From NCBI GenBank assembly GCA_043739185.1, contig JAYUEN010000470.1, forward strand, positions 1-30,977: a stretch of 30,977 nucleotides of DNA. The letters are read 5' to 3'. Below are positions 18,893-28,746 of this stretch, one piece after another (within the stretch, counting starts at the first letter, position 1; each line of letters begins with the position of its first letter). A program made the translations under genes and the position numbers. Source of the DNA: Bdellovibrionales bacterium. GTDB lineage: Bacteria; Bdellovibrionota; Bdellovibrionia; Bdellovibrionales; JAMPXM01. The notes beneath the pieces are model-generated. The model was given only the letters and a program-made list of their open reading frames with translations, was not told the origin of the DNA and made no database searches.

Positions 18893-19705
18893 GTGCGTTT
18901 GGTAAAAGATCTCTTGTTGAAGTTAAAAAGCAATCATACAAAAAAAATAGCAGCCGCAAGAATTGGAGCGATTTTATTGATAAATTTCGCAATTTATCTA
19001 TCAATTGTGGTCTTTCAAAACTGCGCAGACTCCGGTGGATCTTCTCCAGTGAACCAGTCTAAGACGGCATCGGCGGTAACAGAACCGGCGCCCTCATGTA
19101 AATTAGTTTTTTATGACACGAAAACTGGGATAAACGGATCAAATATTGATGCAAACGTAGGAGATTCTGTTGGAATGTATATCACCTGGTCCAATGTAGC
19201 AGCCAATGCAAGTCAAAATTGGGCTGCAGCCACAGCAACATATAACTGCACAATTGGCACTCCAGGTACTTTTGATCCATCAGACTTGGCAACAAATTAT
19301 CAACTTCCTCCTGATCCTGCCACCGTTTCAAATAGCTGTACAGTAACAGTCACAAATAGCGGCGGATCAAATACTTGCAGTGGGTCGGTAATCGTCCATA
19401 CTCCAGCACCGACTTGTACCGTTGTTTGGAGTGATACGACCAAATCTACTTCAGGAAGCAATCTTACAGTAAGTAAATCCGATAATGTCGGTTTAACAAT
19501 TTCATTTATGAATCTTTCAGGAAGTAATGGCGCCCAAGCAAGTTATTCGTGTACGCTGGGAGGAAGCGGCAACTTCACCCCTGCTCAATTTGCTAATCCG
19601 TATGTTCTTCCACCAATTCCCGCAGTTTCGAGTAATAGCTGTACAGTCACCGTTACGAATTCCGGAGGAAGCAATATTTGTTCTGGTGCTCTGACGGTGC
19701 AATAA
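18893..19705 (+). CDS. FQNC-signal exported protein with two tandem ~100-aa four-Cys beta domains
   Basis: VFQNC signal. Internal duplication PAP.C...SNSCTVTVTNSGGSN.CSG at 19085-19399 and 19403-19702. Start codon uncertain. Confidence 0.8.
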   Translation: MRLVKDLLLKLKSNHTKKIAAARIGAILLINFAIYLSIVVFQNCADSGGSSPVNQSKTASAVTEPAPSCKLVFYDTKTGINGSNIDANVGDSVGMYITWSNVAANASQNWAAATATYNCTIGTPGTFDPSDLATNYQLPPDPATVSNSCTVTVTNSGGSNTCSGSVIVHTPAPTCTVVWSDTTKSTSGSNLTVSKSDNVGLTISFMNLSGSNGAQASYSCTLGGSGNFTPAQFANPYVLPPIPAVSSNSCTVTVTNSGGSNICSGALTVQ

Positions 19706-19918
19706 TCTGTGATCTCAACGGTCTTCGGCGGCAAGACTATTGCCAAGGGTTCAATTATTAATTGATTGGCAGTATTTCTTACAACCAGACTCAATTTATA
19801 AGTTTGAACGAGCTTGCAGGAAAAACCAAGGAACTTCAGCTTTTACCTGCTTCTCAAGCATTGTTCTCGACCAATTCTGGACTACAACACTGGGTACCAA
19901 ATCAAATAGTCTAAAGAG

Positions 19919-21202
19919 ATGGATCCCACAAGAAAAGACCGCTTTCCCCCATCTGAAATTTCATGGGCGGCAATTGAATTTGAACGTCTTCCCAATCCCC
20001 TTTGGGCAAAAACATTTATTTATTTAACTGCTTTTATTGTGTGTATCGGAATCGGATTTAGTCTCGTTGCAAAGGTACCTCTAACCGCCGAAGGAAATGG
20101 TCGTATGACGAGCATACAAGCTCCCGTACCGATTCGCGCGGCTGCTAAAATGACTGTTTCAGAGTTGAAAGTTTATGAAAATAAAGTTGTCACAAAAGGC
20201 GAAGTGCTTATTGAATCGATGGAGAGCCTCTCGCCACAGGATGTAGGGCTTCTCAAACGCTACGTGAGTGAGCTTTCAGGAATCGACAAGTGGGATCTGA
20301 TTCGATGTGGTCAAAAGTGTATCTCAAGACTCAAAGACCAAGCGCGTGCATACCAATCTCTGCATCTGCAAGGTGAAGCCATGAACTTTGCAACCCCGGT
20401 ACAAGATCACTTAAGAGAAATTTTACTTGGTTTACAAGAACGTTTGGAGTTAGCAAATCTGACCGCAGATATGCGAGCCCAAATTGCGATGGACAATCAA
20501 AAAATTGCTCAAATTAAAAGTCGACAGGCCGAAGTTATATTGGCAAAGGAATTTGAAGCCCTCAATGTCGATTTGGTACAAAACCAAACACGTATCAAAG
20601 AACGTTATCAGAAATCCAACGAGCGCATTAGCAGTGCTCAAGAACAAGTGATTTCTTATCTCACGGACTTAGAAAATAAAATTCGTTATTTCACCTCTCA
20701 GTTTGTAATTAAAGCCCCCTTTAGTGGAACGGTATCTAATCTGAGTGTTAAGGGAAAAGGCGAAGTGCTTACTCCAGGGCAAGATTTAATGGTCATCGTA
20801 CCAAAGGACTCAGAACTCATTGCCGAACTTGAAGTAGAAAATCGCGACATCTCAGATGTGCAACCTGGCCAGACCGCCGACCTCGTCATTGATTCCCTGC
20901 CAGAATATGAATATGGTACGGTCAAAGGAGTCGTGCTCGAGTTTACCCGAAAAGAGAAAGACTCTTCTGTTATTCGAAACTTGGCTTCAATTGAAGCTCC
21001 TGTTTTCGTCGCTCGAATAAAACTTTCTAGTCAATCCTTAACAAAAGATGGAGTTGTTTCGCCGTTCATCTTTGGGATGACATTACACGGCCACGTCACG
21101 ATTCGGACTGAGTCTATCTTTAACGTTGTTATGAGAGCGCTCTTCAGACTTAAAGAAGGTTTGCGCCAGCCCAAGCAAAAGATAGGCAAAAATAAAAAAT
21201 GA
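19919..21202 (+). CDS. HlyD-family membrane fusion (periplasmic adaptor) protein
   Basis: N-terminal TM, V.E...V.KGEVL, coiled coil, IKAPFSGTV, GQ.LM.IVP and N.DI..V..GQ...EYG.V.G. ATGA overlap with the next gene. Confidence 0.92.
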   Translation: MDPTRKDRFPPSEISWAAIEFERLPNPLWAKTFIYLTAFIVCIGIGFSLVAKVPLTAEGNGRMTSIQAPVPIRAAAKMTVSELKVYENKVVTKGEVLIESMESLSPQDVGLLKRYVSELSGIDKWDLIRCGQKCISRLKDQARAYQSLHLQGEAMNFATPVQDHLREILLGLQERLELANLTADMRAQIAMDNQKIAQIKSRQAEVILAKEFEALNVDLVQNQTRIKERYQKSNERISSAQEQVISYLTDLENKIRYFTSQFVIKAPFSGTVSNLSVKGKGEVLTPGQDLMVIVPKDSELIAELEVENRDISDVQPGQTADLVIDSLPEYEYGTVKGVVLEFTRKEKDSSVIRNLASIEAPVFVARIKLSSQSLTKDGVVSPFIFGMTLHGHVTIRTESIFNVVMRALFRLKEGLRQPKQKIGKNKK

Positions 21203-24200
21203 CTTCTACAGCCTACGCCAAAACGGTGTTATCGGAAATGAGTAGTCACTCCATTTTCAGGTTTTTTCCTGAAGTTTTAGATGCGTTTCTCAAGCATGGC
21301 GTTGTGCAAAGTGTGAACCTTCGCAAGCGTATTTGCGTCGTGAACACACCTATTAAACATCTTATCATTCCGATTGATGGGAAATTGCGTCTGGTTCTCC
21401 CAACTGGTCGTCCTGGTGATGAAAGATTTCTTGCAGTCCTTGATCCCCTCCTACCCCTTTGCTGGCGAGACCATCTTCAAAACAATCCGTATTGCCTCTC
21501 TGCTATAACAGAGGAGAATTGCAATATTCTCTTTGTTCCGAGCAATATAGTCAATAAAGTATCACCCTTACGATCCCCGACCGAAAATGCTATCCAGTTA
21601 TTGATATCCTCCTCTGCCTTAAGAAATTTTATAGAATCCGGAGATGCCAAATTTAAATGTGGAGTAAAAATAGCAAACTGTCTTAAGACCATAGACGCTC
21701 CAGCAATTAGACTGCGAAATATTGAGGAAGTGAATTTCAGTGGAAATCTACTTCACTTTATTGAAGATGGTTGGGTTGTTTTTGAAGGCCAGCTGCAAAC
21801 AGGTCAAACTATTCATCGGGTGTTACGTGCAGGCGACTGGTTTGGAGAACCTTGCTTTCAGAAACTATTCACAAGGCCTCCTAAATTAACTTTTTCAAAA
21901 GAAATGACGATTCGGCAGTTTGCGCAATCGAAGTTAAAATCAGCTTTTCCCAATGGAGAGGTTCCGTGGGAAGCCATCGCTCCAGCCTGGTTAGAAGAAG
22001 CAAAGAGGTCGGCGGAATCCAGCTTCAAGACCTCCCCTCGAAAACGGACAAGACTTACCGACCTAACAATGATAGAGTTGGGATACAAGACTGATCCCAA
22101 GAAAATAGTTTACGCTAACAATAGTAGCGAATGGCCAGAAATGGCGGTCCGCAACTTGGCTATCCTTAATGCTGTTGACCTCAACCTGTCGAATCTTAAA
22201 ATATTCTTTGATGCCAATGAAAGACTGTCTCTTGGATCTTTCGCAGAAGTTTTAGAGCGTCATGGCTTTATTACAAGAGCCCTTCGTTGTGAGCCGTCTC
22301 GCCTCAAGAGACAAAAAATGCCCTTGTTGGCCTTTTGTAATTCACGTCCATATGTGATTCTTAAGGTGAGCGGGCGACAGGTTTATCTTCTTGATCCCGA
22401 GAAAGGAATTGTCGGTGTCCACCTTAAAGAATTCTCTCAGGCTTGGAATGGGCAAGCTCTCGAAGCGCAGCGCTCACCGCTTGAACCAATCTTAGAGGAC
22501 GCCATTACCAGACACTTTCTGGACGATTTTCGCCGGATAACGGCGGCGCTGATCTCTGCCATCTACGGCAAAGACTCTTCTGGTATTTACCGCAATATGT
22601 TTATCTTGGGTTTGGTTGCAGCACTCCTCGAAGGAACTATTCCACTATGCATGGAATATATTGTAGGAGACATTCTCACTTCGAAGAATCTGCAATCACT
22701 TCAAACCATATGTATTGGTATAATTTTGATTGTCTTTTTTTCGACTGTCTGCGAGGTCATCAGTAAACTCCTATCCGAAATGAAACTCCAAAGACTCCAG
22801 TTCGATACACAGTCCTATATGATTCGCCAGTATCTGCAAACTCCTCCAAAAATCCAAGGAGAGAGCCGCTCTTATGATATGATTGCGAAATTGGATTTGA
22901 TGCAGCACTTAAACGAAACTTTTCACAATCCAAGAATTGAAATTTATTTATTGGGTACCGTTTGTTTCCTATATTTTCTGGTCATCGCAGCAATGCGACT
23001 AGATGTGGCCATTGTTTTAGCGATAGGATCCCTCGCAATGGGAAATTTAAAACGCTTCTATGTTGATCAGAACCTTCATGAACTGCCGGGCACAACTGAT
23101 CTCCGTCAAAGTGCAAAAATTAAGCTGGGTGAACAGATTGAATCAACTCACGTTATCAAAAGTGTGCGCGGAGAGGTCATAGCGGCAAAGAACACTGAAT
23201 TTTATTCATTAGGCGTAACTCGTCTTTATCTGAAACTTGCCAATAAACTCAACAATGGATGGGGTGCCACCGGAATCATCACCGCCGTAGTTTATTCTAT
23301 ATCGGTATATCTGATGATTGGTGGAGGAGGATTCACAAAAGGCAAACTAGAACCAGGTGTCTTCTTGGCGGTCATGCTTTTTCTGGGCATCTTTAATCGA
23401 AAATTTACGGGTCTGACAACTGCTTACGGAGAATATCAGTTCTTCAAACTTGAATCTATTAGTTACGGTTACTATGCCCGCCCCAATCAAGAGTATTCGT
23501 TGCCTACCATTAGAAACACACGAGCCATTGCCCTCAAAGGTGATATCCGATTTGTCAACGTAGGCTTTCAGTATTCGGGGACAAATAATTTTTGTTTGAA
23601 AGAAATTTCATTTTCAATTCAACCAGGCAAAACCATCGCAATTGTTGGACAAAGTGGTGCGGGTAAATCGACCTTAGTGCAGATGATCGCAGGGCAACTA
23701 AGACCTCAGTCTGGTAGCATCGTATATGATGAAGTAGACTCAAGGCTCTTATCATTACAGTCGATTCGAGATCAAATCGGAATAGTTGAGCAGGAGCCGA
23801 AATTATTTGCTGATACTTTTATTGCCAATATCGCATACGGAGATGATGCTCCAGATATAAAACGCGTCGAGGCTGCAGCTCGAGCTAGCGGCGCAAACTT
23901 GTTCATTGAATCATTACCTGGTGGCTACCATTTTTTCTTGCACAATAATGGCCGAGATTTATCTGCAGGTATGAGAACCCAAATTTCTATTGCCAGGGCA
24001 ATTTATAAAAACCCGCGTATTTTAATCATCGACGAGGCGGGTGCACATCTTGACCCTATTTCTTTTAAAAGCATGTGCGACAATGTCACAGAGCTAATGG
24101 AAGACAGGACTGTAATCTTTGTGACTCAGCGTCTGCAAACCCTACAAAAAGTCGATTACGTATACGTTCTTAAAAATGGTTTTATCATTGAATCTGGCAC

Positions 24201-24270
24201 TCACAATGAACTGATTCGTAATCATAGAGAATATATTGAACTATTCCGAGCGCAAGTTAGCACTTACTGA
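21199..24270 (+). CDS. Peptidase-domain-containing type I secretion ABC transporter A (2x cNMP-like, C39-like, TMD, NBD)
   Basis: cNMP-like L.FI.DG.V...LRAGDWFGE, C39-like P.LAF....YVILKV....VYLLDP..G....W.G, Walker A GQSGAGKST and Walker B LIIDE. Confidence 0.88.
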   Translation: MTSTAYAKTVLSEMSSHSIFRFFPEVLDAFLKHGVVQSVNLRKRICVVNTPIKHLIIPIDGKLRLVLPTGRPGDERFLAVLDPLLPLCWRDHLQNNPYCLSAITEENCNILFVPSNIVNKVSPLRSPTENAIQLLISSSALRNFIESGDAKFKCGVKIANCLKTIDAPAIRLRNIEEVNFSGNLLHFIEDGWVVFEGQLQTGQTIHRVLRAGDWFGEPCFQKLFTRPPKLTFSKEMTIRQFAQSKLKSAFPNGEVPWEAIAPAWLEEAKRSAESSFKTSPRKRTRLTDLTMIELGYKTDPKKIVYANNSSEWPEMAVRNLAILNAVDLNLSNLKIFFDANERLSLGSFAEVLERHGFITRALRCEPSRLKRQKMPLLAFCNSRPYVILKVSGRQVYLLDPEKGIVGVHLKEFSQAWNGQALEAQRSPLEPILEDAITRHFLDDFRRITAALISAIYGKDSSGIYRNMFILGLVAALLEGTIPLCMEYIVGDILTSKNLQSLQTICIGIILIVFFSTVCEVISKLLSEMKLQRLQFDTQSYMIRQYLQTPPKIQGESRSYDMIAKLDLMQHLNETFHNPRIEIYLLGTVCFLYFLVIAAMRLDVAIVLAIGSLAMGNLKRFYVDQNLHELPGTTDLRQSAKIKLGEQIESTHVIKSVRGEVIAAKNTEFYSLGVTRLYLKLANKLNNGWGATGIITAVVYSISVYLMIGGGGFTKGKLEPGVFLAVMLFLGIFNRKFTGLTTAYGEYQFFKLESISYGYYARPNQEYSLPTIRNTRAIALKGDIRFVNVGFQYSGTNNFCLKEISFSIQPGKTIAIVGQSGAGKSTLVQMIAGQLRPQSGSIVYDEVDSRLLSLQSIRDQIGIVEQEPKLFADTFIANIAYGDDAPDIKRVEAAARASGANLFIESLPGGYHFFLHNNGRDLSAGMRTQISIARAIYKNPRILIIDEAGAHLDPISFKSMCDNVTELMEDRTVIFVTQRLQTLQKVDYVYVLKNGFIIESGTHNELIRNHREYIELFRAQVSTY

Positions 24271-24276
24271 GGAAGA

Positions 24277-27200
24277 ATGAACGACGAAAAACTGAAATCA
24301 TCAATATTAGCTCTCGTTCCTCCCTCGGCCCGAGAAAAATTGTATGCTGATTGCAAAGAATACAACATTGTCAAATCGGATTGGTTAAAATTGACTGAAC
24401 CACCAACCGACCTTGCATTTGTATTGAATGGAGAAATTGCACTAAGAAATAAAACGGGCAATATGATGGAATATGGCCGGGTTGTAAGTGGTAGATCAAT
24501 TGAATTGAAAGCATTTTTTCTAAAATCACCTACTTGGGATTGGGCATGGCAAGCTCAAGAAGACTCAAAAGTCTTTGTGGTTCCTTGGAAGTCATTTGTC
24601 GAGGCCTTTGCTTCAGCGCCTCAAACTCTTAACTACCTTCACAGGATGGCTATCAATCCAGAATTGCAAAAGCTCAAGAGAGATTTGCGATCTCTTGGGA
24701 CCGCCCATCAAAGTGTCGAAACTATAATTAATAGCTTAAAGCATGGTTCATTTTCTGAAGCCAAATCTCGCTGTGTAAATGAACGTCTCTTTTTTGTTGT
24801 ATCCAGCGGCCGTATGGAGTTGAATTTTGCCTTGGATGGCACTTTTCGCCCAATGGGAAGTTTTCAGTTGGGCGAAACTTTAATATACGATCCCAAACAA
24901 AAAAATTATTTTTATGAAGTTATTGAGGATGTTAAGGGCTGGTATATTTTTGAAAGTGAATGGAAGAAACTGAAATGCCAAAAAGATCTAGAGGATTTTT
25001 TTGAAATTCGTTATGGTCTAATTGAAGAGTCAAAGGATGCGCTTTCAGATCAAACTACCGGCGAAATGGAAATTTATCAGGGGCAATCGAAACTCAAACG
25101 CAGAGTCACAATTTTTCACCGACTACATTATTTTTTTTCATCTAGAAAAATCGTAACTCACTCTGAATTTTCTAATGCGGCACCTGCATGTTTAGCATCT
25201 GCTGCGGCTCAGTTTGGCTATAAAATTGGAGTGAAGGCAATTAAGTTTCACTTCACAGGTTCGCACGAAAGTGGAGTTTTGAACTCCATTGCCCGGGTGG
25301 CACATAGCATTTCTTTTACCTCAAAAAAATATACCATCAATCCTGAGCTCAACTTCAAAGCAAATTATCCGACTATAATAGACTATGGTTCAAAACCCCT
25401 GCTGCTATTTTCAATATTAGATCATCATGCTGAGGTAGGAGATACTCAAACAGGTGCCATTAACTTCATAGCGGTTCATAGACTCACAAGACGATGGAAC
25501 GGAAGAGTCTTAGAAATTTTTCCGACTGCAAAATCGTGCAATCTTTCTGACTCGAGAGTAGAAATCTTTAAGTACTTCTCGCTTTTGAAAGGCAATCTTC
25601 ATGCCTGTTTTCTTATTTTTCTAGCGAGCTCCCTTTCTTTTCTTTTTAGTTTAACAATTCCCATGTTCAATCAATTCGTCTTTGAACGTATGGCAGAAGA
25701 TGAAGATTGGTCCTTGGGAGCGGTGGTAACTATAGGTTATTTTGCGAGCAGCCTTATTGCGGCAATACTGACTTGGGCTTCTCGCATGATCGTGAGCCAA
25801 TTCAACTTCACAATGGACGCCAAATTTACCAGTGCATTTGTACAGCAGCTCGTTCGTTTGCCCGTAGGCTTCTTTGATAGCGTTGGTAAAGGTGAGCTCT
25901 TCAACCATCAAATATTACTCAAAGAAGTCCAGGTTTTTGTCACTCAGCAAATCGTCGCGATCGCTATGCAATTGACTTGTGTGACAACAGCTTCATTTGT
26001 TCTTTATCTGTATCATCCTAAGTTACTATGGACCGTGTCGCTCTTCATTATTCCTCTTATTTTACCGATCGGAATCTTAACTCCGACTTTGATTCGCCTG
26101 AGAACATCAATGGCCCAGCATGAATCTACAGGTAAACGTATCTTAATGGAAATCTGTGATTGGTATGAAACAGTGAAATTGAACAACTCATTTCGCGCAG
26201 AACGTTGGCGATGGGAAGCCAACTTTCTAGACCGATCCGCACTTGCTATCAAAGCACAAAGATTCAGTACTATCGTCACTGGAGTCAATGCCTTTACTCG
26301 CGAAGCGATGAAAATCGCAGTTTTGTATGAGGCAGTCCAACTCAGTTTCAGTAATAATCTCAGTGTCGGCAAAGTAGTTGCTGCAATTTTTTGTGTCGAG
26401 CTTCTCACCCCTGCTCTAGTTGGTTTGTTAGAGGTATTTGATACCTTCCCTAAATTCCTTGCTGGTCTGGCTCAAGTGGATCCGATATTCAGCAAACGCC
26501 CTGAGGCTATTGATTTGCCAACAGACAAGAAAATGGTACGCGAGGCCCGCGGAAAAATTAGATTTGAAAATGTTGATTTTCGTTACAGCCCGACTTCCCC
26601 CAATATTCTAACAAAAGTGAATCTTGAAATTGCTGCTGGCGAAAAAGTTGCGATTGTAGGTATGAGCGGTTCGGGCAAGTCGACTTTGGTAAGCCTGTTC
26701 AACGGATTGCGAAAACCAAGTTCTGGCAATATCTTTATAGACGATATAAGTATAAAAAAAATGTCACTAGCCACTCGAAGAAAAATTGTCGGAATGATTC
26801 CTCAGGGAAGCCGACTCTTTTCGGGAAGTTTAATTGACAATATTTCGATGTTTGATCCTCAGGTCTCATTCGAACGCGTTGCTGCGGCTGCCTACCACGC
26901 CGATGCCGAACAATTTATCACCCGCCTTCCTCAAGGTTACTCATCTATGATTGCTGCTGGCGGTACCGGCCTATCAGTTGGGCAGGCACAAAGAATTTTA
27001 ATTGCTCGCATGATCTATGAAGATTTCAAAGTTTTTATTCTCGATGAGTCCACCAGCCACCTCGACCCCATTTCGGAAGAAAGATTGCTCAGTCGATTTT
27101 TAAAAAGTATTGGAAGTCGAACTCTCATATTTGTCTCACAACACGTTAATCTATTGTCGACGACCGACAAAATCATTTTTGTCCACAATGGGACAGTTGC

Positions 27201-27285
27201 CGAAATCGGCCGCCATGAAGAATTATTGCATAAACGCGGACTTTACTATGAGTTTTTGTCACGCCAACAGAGCGTTGCACTCTAA
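24277..27285 (+). CDS. Peptidase-domain-containing type I secretion ABC transporter B (2x cNMP-like, C39-like, TMD, NBD)
   Basis: cNMP-like LAFVLNGEI and FVVSSGRM, C39-like AAPACLA...WNGRVL, RLPVGFF, Walker A GMSGSGKST and Walker B FILDESTSHLD. Confidence 0.88.
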   Translation: MNDEKLKSSILALVPPSAREKLYADCKEYNIVKSDWLKLTEPPTDLAFVLNGEIALRNKTGNMMEYGRVVSGRSIELKAFFLKSPTWDWAWQAQEDSKVFVVPWKSFVEAFASAPQTLNYLHRMAINPELQKLKRDLRSLGTAHQSVETIINSLKHGSFSEAKSRCVNERLFFVVSSGRMELNFALDGTFRPMGSFQLGETLIYDPKQKNYFYEVIEDVKGWYIFESEWKKLKCQKDLEDFFEIRYGLIEESKDALSDQTTGEMEIYQGQSKLKRRVTIFHRLHYFFSSRKIVTHSEFSNAAPACLASAAAQFGYKIGVKAIKFHFTGSHESGVLNSIARVAHSISFTSKKYTINPELNFKANYPTIIDYGSKPLLLFSILDHHAEVGDTQTGAINFIAVHRLTRRWNGRVLEIFPTAKSCNLSDSRVEIFKYFSLLKGNLHACFLIFLASSLSFLFSLTIPMFNQFVFERMAEDEDWSLGAVVTIGYFASSLIAAILTWASRMIVSQFNFTMDAKFTSAFVQQLVRLPVGFFDSVGKGELFNHQILLKEVQVFVTQQIVAIAMQLTCVTTASFVLYLYHPKLLWTVSLFIIPLILPIGILTPTLIRLRTSMAQHESTGKRILMEICDWYETVKLNNSFRAERWRWEANFLDRSALAIKAQRFSTIVTGVNAFTREAMKIAVLYEAVQLSFSNNLSVGKVVAAIFCVELLTPALVGLLEVFDTFPKFLAGLAQVDPIFSKRPEAIDLPTDKKMVREARGKIRFENVDFRYSPTSPNILTKVNLEIAAGEKVAIVGMSGSGKSTLVSLFNGLRKPSSGNIFIDDISIKKMSLATRRKIVGMIPQGSRLFSGSLIDNISMFDPQVSFERVAAAAYHADAEQFITRLPQGYSSMIAAGGTGLSVGQAQRILIARMIYEDFKVFILDESTSHLDPISEERLLSRFLKSIGSRTLIFVSQHVNLLSTTDKIIFVHNGTVAEIGRHEELLHKRGLYYEFLSRQQSVAL

Positions 27286-27408
27286 CTCATTAATAAATTT
27301 ATAGATTTTAGGCATTTAACTTTACACTCCCTAAAACCAGCTTCTGGACTTGAGAAATCTCCATATTCTGACGAAACCTGAGCTATCGATATCTTAAGGA
27401 GGGAACGC

Positions 27409-28176
27409 GTGCTCCACACCATCAATGATCAGCCTTTTTACAAGTTCGAAGACCAACTTGATTTTGATCTGCTTCACCAAGAGGCAGCAGATCTTTTAAT
27501 TTATGCTAGGGACAAGTTCGACTTTGGCACCCCATCTGGAGCCGTCACACGCGGCTCGGATGGTATCAATCAGCTCGATGATGTGAACAAGGAATTGACG
27601 GCTCGCGACCAGGAACGGATGAAAGGAATGACCGCAGGCCAAAGGGCGGCTTACCTGAAAATCGTCAAACAAACCTACTTCCCATGGTTCGTTTATCCTC
27701 TGAACGAACGTCGTGATTGGAACCTACGCGGACAAAAACGAGATTCCTGGCTTCCTCACGTAGAAAAGTATATGCCCAATTTTATCAAAGCTGTCGAAAG
27801 CCTGAAGATGTTCAAACATGTTGGTTGGGCTCGACTCTATGCCAACGAAGCCTTTAATGGCGTACAAGTTCATTTTGATGGGCACTTAAATCCGGCAAAT
27901 AAAAAGTTGTCTTTTGATAATTTTGTTTTTTTTAACCTTAACGCAAAACCACTTTTTCTTTATGATAAGGATCAACACAAAAAGATTTACATGAAAGAAA
28001 AACTCTTTTATTTTGATGCCGCCAACTATCATGGTACGGATGCGCAACCTTTCTTCAATTATTCGATTCGTATCGATGGTGAATTCACCGACGATTTCTC
28101 GAAATCTTTGAAGCTAAGCCGCAATGAGATTACGAAGCATACCCTGAAACAACTGCCAGCCGATAGGGCGGCCTAA
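27409..28176 (+). CDS. Fe(II)/2OG oxygenase-like protein (DSBH fold, Asp/Pro-hydroxylase-like motif layout)
   Basis: HxD (VHFD), distal His (FD..NYHG) and downstream Arg (SIRIDG). AAGGAGG RBS before the GTG. Confidence 0.65.
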   Translation: MLHTINDQPFYKFEDQLDFDLLHQEAADLLIYARDKFDFGTPSGAVTRGSDGINQLDDVNKELTARDQERMKGMTAGQRAAYLKIVKQTYFPWFVYPLNERRDWNLRGQKRDSWLPHVEKYMPNFIKAVESLKMFKHVGWARLYANEAFNGVQVHFDGHLNPANKKLSFDNFVFFNLNAKPLFLYDKDQHKKIYMKEKLFYFDAANYHGTDAQPFFNYSIRIDGEFTDDFSKSLKLSRNEITKHTLKQLPADRAA

Positions 28177-28194
28177 CACAATATTTTATCGATA

Positions 28195-28725
28195 TCAGAT
28201 TTGGTAAGCCGCTGAAATACGCGAGGCCAAAGTTGGGCTTAAAATTTTTCTCGCTGGCTTCAAGTATTCTTTAAAGGCATCTCTATCTTGCCCTATTGTG
28301 CGAGGCCGCAGCTCAATAATATTTGCAAAATTCAAGACAATGAGATCCCTAAATTGCTCAGATGTGACCGGCATTCTTCGATTGTCTTGAAAACTTTCAA
28401 CATAATATTCTCCATCATTCTGAAGCTGGCTGAACAATGAAACTCGCGCATGAACGCAAAATAAAAAAACCAAGGCCTCTGCCCGCTCGCCCACTACGGA
28501 CCTAACCCAGTCGCGCTCTTGCAAAGAAACAATCTCGTGTCGAAACGCGACGGTTCCGTAAATACTGTGAAGTAAACCGGCGACACATACGGCTTCTTCT
28601 TCTTCCCAACTTTTTAAAACCTGGTATACCCCAAGAAGATGTTGATCAAAACTTTGACTTAAATGAGCAATTGAGCTGAAACCATATGCAGAAAATTGAC
28701 TGAGAATATGTACAGGATCCTGCAT
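28195..28725 (-). CDS. DUF6817-like HD-fold protein
   Basis: H....F..HL.GVY..L..W......C.AGL.HSIYGT and R..VR..VG..AE.LV..FC. Confidence 0.75.
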   Translation of the reverse strand: MQDPVHILSQFSAYGFSSIAHLSQSFDQHLLGVYQVLKSWEEEEAVCVAGLLHSIYGTVAFRHEIVSLQERDWVRSVVGERAEALVFLFCVHARVSLFSQLQNDGEYYVESFQDNRRMPVTSEQFRDLIVLNFANIIELRPRTIGQDRDAFKEYLKPARKILSPTLASRISAAYQI

Positions 28726-28746
28726 TTAACACTTCACCTTTTTCTC

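Noticed and set aside
19919..27285. Classical double-glycine bacteriocin or RTX toxin locus
   Set aside because: The C39 catalytic residues are absent. No GG-leader peptide or GGxGxD RTX-repeat protein was found in the window, although one could lie outside it.
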